Shown here one piece after another: positions 36,748 to 43,321 of a stretch of DNA of 43,321 bases. Source of the stretch: Nemertoderma westbladi (Eukaryota; Animalia; Xenacoelomorpha); NCBI GenBank assembly GCA_032718475.1, contig JAUCBJ010008072.1, forward strand, positions 1 through 43,321, given 5' to 3'. Below the pieces are notes generated by a model, which saw only the letters and a program-made list of their open reading frames with translations, ran no database searches and was not told where the DNA came from. Every line of letters begins with the position of its first letter. Within the stretch, counting starts at the first letter, position 1. Position numbers and translations under genes: made by a program.

Positions 36748-37750
36748 TATGTCACTAAGGGTATTATTAATTATAATATTTGCGCGGTGGCCATGGGAGT
36801 TTATGTTGACATATAACTCTAGTTGATATGTAACTATTGTTTCTCTTGGGGGTAATTTACGCCATAAGCCAACTAAAGACTGCTTAGAAATGGTGAAGAC
36901 ATCAATTACCCTATTGAGGAGAACATTCTCAACCAAAGTAATTTGGTTAGAAGCATTCCAAAGACAAAGGATTAGAGGAATTTCTAAATCTCCCCTGATA
37001 AGAACTGCTTTTAACACTTCCTTGAGGTCATATTTGAAGGAAACAGACTGGGGGTAATCCTTGGCAGTAAGGGGATTTACTGACCCACTGAAAACCCCTT
37101 CTTCAAGATGAAATTGAAACAGAAACAGTTCTACCTATCCCTAAGACAATCTATACATCATAGTATATTTTAGTACCCAAACCCAAACGGCTGTTTTAAG
37201 GGCCAACACCCCAATTAACTTGGTGTTGCTAGATTATTTTGCAATAAAACATTCAATAAATTTTAAAAAATACGAATTTTAGTAAAATAGTAGAATTTCC
37301 TATATTTATTTCATTAGACTAATAGGATGGCCTTTACCTGAACTTGACTGATTTTAAATTATTTTGCATTCATTATCAATAGGTCTGGGCCTGTTCTACA
37401 GGAACCTATTGTTCACCTAGCCAATCCCAGCCGTTCTGTTGCCACTGATGGGCACACCAGTTACCGTGGCATTGGCAAGACCTGCACCTGCATCACGACA
37501 TTGTAAACCACTGGAACAAGAAAGGCCCTAGGTTTGTCAAGGCTGCATACAAACCATACAGAGTCTTAGAGATCGGTATTCCTCATGGAAAATATGGGGG
37601 ATGACATTCGAGTTACATACCCATCCAAGTCATTGTATTTAGCACTTGAGATGGAAATGTGCCTCTCTAATAAACCAATTGTTGGTTGCCGTAAGTAAAA
37701 AATTAAGGGGGGGTACACCATTTTGGTCCAAAATATATCGAAATTTTTTT

Positions 37751-39779
37751 TATTACCTGTCGAAATATATAGGTGGTGTTGAGGAGAGGAGGCAAGTGAA
37801 AGTATATGGCACAAAGAACCCCGATATAGTAAGGACCGAAGTTGGTGACCAAGAAAATGTAAAAATATCAGGTGTTAAGATAAACCAAGCAATTAAGAAA
37901 GATATTGCTTCAAATTCTCGTGAGATTGGAATACCAGAGCTCGCAAGATTTGCACTTGGTTACCCTTATACAAGATGTACAGCAGACTTCATCCACATAA
38001 GCACTCTTCCTCCTGAATATCGCTCCGGTGTGTGTGCAAACAAATCGAATGAACACATTGAGGGTTCATATGGCAGCTATATCTCAGGTATAGAATTGAG
38101 AAATCCCTTACCTCTTTGGCGCCACTTTACTCATAGCCAGCAGAGGCATATTCGAGAGTATGTATCTTCGGATTATAGGTTAGGGAATACTGAACGATTC
38201 AACATTCGTCCACCAGAAATTGTTATATTCAACAAGCTCATTGAGTATCATGAAATTTTCATCATAAAGAACAAATTACCATCACATTCTGTACATAATG
38301 ATATTCAGCAACAGTCATGGATAGATGGTTATAATACCATTGTTAAAATACGCAACTGTTCTATTAACAGGGCCATTGACTTTATAGAAAACCAACCCCA
38401 GAGAGAAGGCAAGGAAGAAATGTTAAATCTTCTTAAAGATATACAGGATGAAGATATTGATGGAAATCTCCATAAACGCTTTGTTGCACAGAGCAAAGAA
38501 ACTATTGCAGTAATACCTAATATAGGAGGAGAGGAGCAAGTCATAGAATTATATTCTTATATCACATCATTTTAACTCTTGGGGAATTTACAACTGAATT
38601 AGATGTTATGGAAGTTGCTTCATTTCCAATAGCATTCCAGAACGCAGGTCTAATAGCTGATCATAATATTCCCACAAAGGAAGAAGCAAACACCATCCTC
38701 AAAAGATATGTAAATGAACTGCAAATCAGTGCAAATCAGTTTCAGAAATATTTAAATAATGCTAATGTAATGAGATTTTACTTTCAGGTGGTCGCATATC
38801 TGCAGATGTTCCTTCGGTTTCATACATAGCTCTGCGTGAGGAAGCCGCAGAATGAATCCTTACTATTGAAAGATCTCGGAAACATTATCTTGTTGAGACC
38901 AACCATAGTGATATTTCCACAAAGATGCAGCTCCCACCAATAGATGATTTCCTGGAGGCAACATTTGATTATCCCATGAACTGGGATCCACAATTCCCAG
39001 TAGCACTACACCAATCAATGCCTTCTCAAGCAGAGCAGAACAGTGCACTACAAACTATTAAACAAGTTGTCCACCAGTACTTTAATCCATCAACCAACCA
39101 GTTGCTTAAGTTTTTATTAATAACTGGACCACCAGGTTGTGGCAAGACTTTGCTCATTCAAATTGCCACCTTGTATGTTATATCGCAAGGTCTCAACTCA
39201 GCATTACTGAACGTTTTATTAGTGAACGTTCCAGAACATTAGGTGGATTTCATATCCATATTGCCTTCCCAGTCCCAACTCGAAGTTTAAAGAGTAGTCA
39301 CCCGCATATTCTGGCAAGACAAACTATCCAAAGTCTTAAAATAGATCCAATGAAACTACTTCTTCTAAAACGAACAAATGTATTTATTCTGGAAGAAGTA
39401 GGTCTCATCTCTGCATAATTTTATGGTATTCTGGACACAACCATGAATAATATCATGAGTAATGATTTACCATTTGGAGGTAAACTACTTATTATGAATG
39501 GTGATCAACACCAGTTACCCACTATATATGGCCGTCCTATATTTATGTCTACAAATCTCATTACTTCTTTCAAAGTTATTCAGCTGAAACATTATGTCCG
39601 TGCTGCATCAGATATTCATCTTCAAAATACTTTGGAATTGATGACGCAGACCACCATTCCTCCATCAGAACAACATCTGATTGTAAATAACATAATGGCT
39701 AATGCCAAGTTTGTTACCTCATGGAATGAAGTACCCCAAGAAGCTGTTAGAATTGTTGGAACAAGGAAGGCAGATCAAA
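37751..39779 (+). pseudogene. Helitron-like RepHel fragment, copy B (HUH motif III region to PIF1-like helicase)
   Basis: YYLSKYIGG (YxxKY), SREIGIPE...LGYPY, Walker A ITGPPGCGKT, ISERSRTLGGFHIH, Walker B FILEEVGLIS, LPFGGKLLIMNGDQHQLPTI, LKHYVRAASD. Several frameshifts and stops. Confidence 0.85.
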
Positions 39780-39986
39780 TAAAAAAAATTAAATCAAATA
39801 AAAACAAAAAAAAACACAATGAAATCGTTAAAGCAAACATTTTTTAGTAATAAGTAGGCTTTTGAAGTAATTATAGATATTAATTAAAGTATTTTCTAAA
39901 AAAATTAACTAACTTTATATAAAATTAAAAGAGTGTTAAAACAAAATTAAAAGAGTGTTAAAACAAGTATACAGTGGATTATTATT

Positions 39987-40343
39987 ATGGCTGACAAATA
40001 CAGCGCAATAAATATCAGTCATTGCCGGGTAGCGATAACACAAAATCACTTTGCTGAAGCAACTGAGGAGCCACCGAGAAGAGAGATAACCGTGGTTCGG
40101 GGTCGCGGACAGGGCCGTCGACGAGGACGCAGTGGGAGAGCTTACAGACGTGTCGAGAGAGCGCAATACAGCGCGGCACCTCGTCACGACGCGGGACAGA
40201 CAAACAGCGCGGCACCTGGCAACGTCGCGGGAGCGCCGAACGGCAAGGAAGTGCCGAACGGCGAGGAAGCACTGAACGGTGAAGAAACGGGAGTGGCCGA
40301 AATCGCATCCACAAATGTGGCCGATAAGGATAAGATGGACTGA
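39987..40343 (+). CDS. Small orphan ORF (118 aa) with RG-rich basic middle and acidic C-terminus
   Basis: GC/CpG-rich island in AT-rich flanks with a good start context (attATGG). Contains RGRGQGRRRGRSGR and internal SAAP and PNGxE repeats. Confidence 0.5.
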   Translation: MADKYSAINISHCRVAITQNHFAEATEEPPRREITVVRGRGQGRRRGRSGRAYRRVERAQYSAAPRHDAGQTNSAAPGNVAGAPNGKEVPNGEEALNGEETGVAEIASTNVADKDKMD

Positions 40344-40899
40344 AGACAGTGCGACTACAGACTACAGACAGTGCTGTTACTATTTTTAATTGTAGATTCG
40401 GCTAACCTCAGTTTGTACTGGGGTGATGTGTCAGGGCACGTATGGTTTGTTCCATACGTGTCCCTGTTATTCCACAACAAATTCAAAGGAAAGGAGGTGG
40501 GCAATATCGACAGCTATTGATATTCCACAGGCTGTCAACGAGAAGGGGTTGCCTCTGCGACAGGAGCCCTTCAATTCGAACTCATTCACACTGTTGTTCA
40601 TAGAAGGAGAGTACTTGAACGTTAGTAATTAGTTTATGAATATATTTAAACAGCATTGGTATTTTAGCATTGATATGTAATGTTTCCTAGATCAACTGTA
40701 TGTATAGACAAATGGAATATAGGTTCAGTAATACTTTGCGAGTTGAGTTGACTACCACATAATTTTTTGTATTTGTAAAAAGTAGGCCTACTTCATGATA
40801 ATTCACTTATGATTTTTTTTTTAATAATGTCCAATTAATGTTTTTATATTAAATGAGGCTGTTAGTAGGACGCCTAATGATGAATATTTTAATTACCAT

Positions 40900-41627
40900 A
40901 ATAATACTACTTCTACTAGGTCGAGCGAACTCGGACAGTGGAAATGAGATCCTTCCAGGCTTCCCGATTCTCCATAGTTGTCGCAATTTCGTTTCTCCCA
41001 AGTTCAGTATCCCTTTCAAGTTGATCTATATATGTTATGGCCGGTCTCCCACGACTACGCTTTCCATGAGTTTGTTGCCAGGGATGTAGATCTGGTATGA
41101 CCTCGTCTTTACTTCGCCAGCAGTGCCCAATGAATCTTAATCTGCGTTCACAGAGGGTGGTTGATACAGGTAGTATTGTTCGGCGTTTGTCATGTGTTGT
41201 CTCCAGCTGATGTTTAGGGCTGCCCTTAGTAGTCTTGTGTAGCAACCATCAATTCGTTGTTCAAGTGATTTAGTCAGTGTCCTGTCCAGGTCTCACCCCC
41301 GTATAAAAATACACTTTCCACTGTGGCTCGAAAGAACTTAGTCTTCAGGTGCCTGGAAAGATCTGATTTCCAGATGGTATCCATTTTTGATAGAGCTACC
41401 CAAGCCTTTGCTTTCCTAACTTCTATGTCCTTTTTGCTACTCTCTATCCATGATCCAAAGTACTGGAAGTCATCGACCTTCCTTAGTTGATTAATATCAA
41501 TGGTTGTCAAGTTTCCATCAACATTAAAGGTCATGAATTCGGTCTTTGTAGCATTTATATGCAATCCAACCTCCTTAGCAGCCCTCTCCACTTTATTTAG
41601 TAGAAGCTGTGCATCTGCTAGCGTATT
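40900..41627 (-). mobile_element. 5'-truncated RTE-clade LINE, copy 2 (with 3' end)
   Basis: Same family as 35590-36093. It continues to RRLRFIGHCWR...WQQTHGKRSRGRP..TYIDQL...ENREAW..RVRST* followed by a short TAG/TAT-like tail. Confidence 0.9.
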
Positions 41628-42859
41628 ATAATTATTATTAGAATTACCATAATAGAACTTTTGAAAACGTACATTTATCGAAATTAAATAAGAATATCCG
41701 ACATAAGATTTCACACCTACACCTGCACCAATAGCTACGCCCACACGCTACTGCATACATGTAAGCGTAAGGTCCCTATTACATGGTATGCTAATTCTAA
41801 GCCAAATTATTTACACTTATATTAGTCGTCTGATAATTTTTTTAAGGCTAAGATGAGTTGGATGCTTACTTATAGTAGTAATAGTAACAATATTAAATAG
41901 TAGAACTTTGTATAATTATATTATTAAACTTCCTTCCAATATAGTGTATTGATCAGAAGATTAGCAATGAGGAGCTTCGTGCTCATGTTCAAGCGGAGGT
42001 CGCTCGCTACGGGGGGAGGATGGGATATCTGTGGCTGGTTCAAGTCGTCGACTTCGGCGGTGGATGAAATGGGTCAACGGGTCTTTGAGCCGCTGAAGTT
42101 GCATATAACGAGTGTGTCTCCAACACAACAGTTTGGTTTCAGGCAGTGGGCAGGTATGCAAATGCAATTTATAATTAACTTATTTAGATTATAGCTTGCA
42201 GTAGCCATATTTAAGTTTTCCAGTGGACAGAGTGACTGGTATTCCCCAGTTTCTTAAAGCAAACCCTTTATACTGTATAAACATTTTATATTAGAGTAAT
42301 ACTGAAGAACTGTCCATTCTAAGTCAACCAGAACCGATGAGGTTGTCTTTGTGTTTTACAACAACCTCCCCTGTATCATAAACTCATCAACTCTCTACAA
42401 AAAGGAATATCTATCGCGATCCGGAGATACTATCGCTTACTTCAGAGTCGCAGTTTCTACGGACAGGAACCGCTTTGCCTCGTGAACCTATAGGGGTGGT
42501 TCGGTGACTGTCTGGGAGTGAGAAGCAACCGGTTGGAGGGTCATAATAATATATTTTAATCTTAATAATAATTATTCAACATCAATTATTTTTTAAGTCT
42601 TGTCAATGTATAAGATTGCTCTATAGGAAAAAAAACATTATAGGGGAAATTTTAGCAAATTGTGTTTATTTTAGCCGATAGACAAGATTACATGTTTACC
42701 AAGTTTGGTATAATTTAGTCAGAGATTGAAAGAGTTACGATTTTAATGAGTTACGTTATTTTCTTCCTCTAAGACAGACGATTTCTGCAAATCCTTGACA
42801 AAAACAAATTTTGTTTTCTGCATCAGATGTATCAAACATTCAGCAAGATATTGGAAATA

Positions 42860-43140
42860 AAAGTAAATTGAAATTGTGCAATTATAATTCTAAACCTTTA
42901 TGAACTGAATAAAATTAACTGGAGTAGAGCAATTATATTTGACACCTTTATGAACTGAGTAAAAAAGTACCTTGAATTACTGCAATTATACTTGCTTGAG
43001 TAAAGCAATTATATTTGGCATCTTTATGAACTGAGTAAAAAAGAAACTTGAATTACTGCAATTATACTTAATACCTTTATGAAATGTGTAAAAGTAACTG
43101 AAAATAAAGCAATTATACTTGATACCTATATGAACTGAAT
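42860..43140. repeat. Degenerate ~55-bp tandem repeat
   Basis: CTTTATGAACTGA..AAAAGTAACT...GCAATTATA recurs about 5 times. Confidence 0.75.
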
Positions 43141-43321
43141 TCGTATAATTACATTGTATTTATTATATGTATATATGTGAAAATGATTGTCCGATTGTGT
43201 CCGGTAATTCCACTGGCCTCTAGTGGCCGGACCTCCGCATTGCTAATGTAATCCATAGTAGGGGTTGGGGGGTGCTTTTTTGCCGAGTCAGCTCTCGGGG
43301 CAAATACCAATAAAAATACAA

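Noticed and set aside
37646-37750. N-terminal part of the 309-aa ORF as RepHel
   Set aside because: It contains a GTAAGT donor-like site and a TTAAGGGGGG TE-end-like sequence. RepHel similarity starts only at YYLSKY (~37751).
1-43321. Polinton/Maverick or bona fide endogenous virus call
   Set aside because: No pPolB, retroviral-type integrase, packaging ATPase, capsid or (AG)n termini were recognised. Only a hypothesis is reported.

Overview
AT-rich eukaryotic DNA, inferred to be a marine invertebrate from spliceosomal GT-AG introns and its TE repertoire. It is almost entirely nested mobile elements, tandem repeats and abruptly joined TE fragments, with no recognisable housekeeping gene. The one intact long ORF (18854-22900) is a CR1/L2-group LINE: a long in-frame hydrophobic leader, then a 2A-like DIETNPGP motif, then APE and RT. 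Elements with ends and TSDs readable in the sequence are a pogo-like element (TA), a piggyBac-like MITE (TTAA), an LTR-like element (GTCTA), an EnSpm-like element (TC) and a Sola1-like element (ATAT). Removing two of these insertions reveals a hidden two-exon gene missed by the ORF track: an N-myristoylation signal, a PSAP motif, about 16 x 38-aa Pro-rich repeats and a C-terminal basic NLS-like motif. This gene is divergent from a spliced C-type lectin pseudogene and adjacent to remnants of an atypical Helitron-like Rep/PIF1 helicase whose Walker B reads EE. A second, diverged copy of that helicase lies at 37.7-39.8 kb beside a small RG-rich ORF. Together these may be remains of a large cargo-carrying or virus-like rolling-circle element; that link is a hypothesis.
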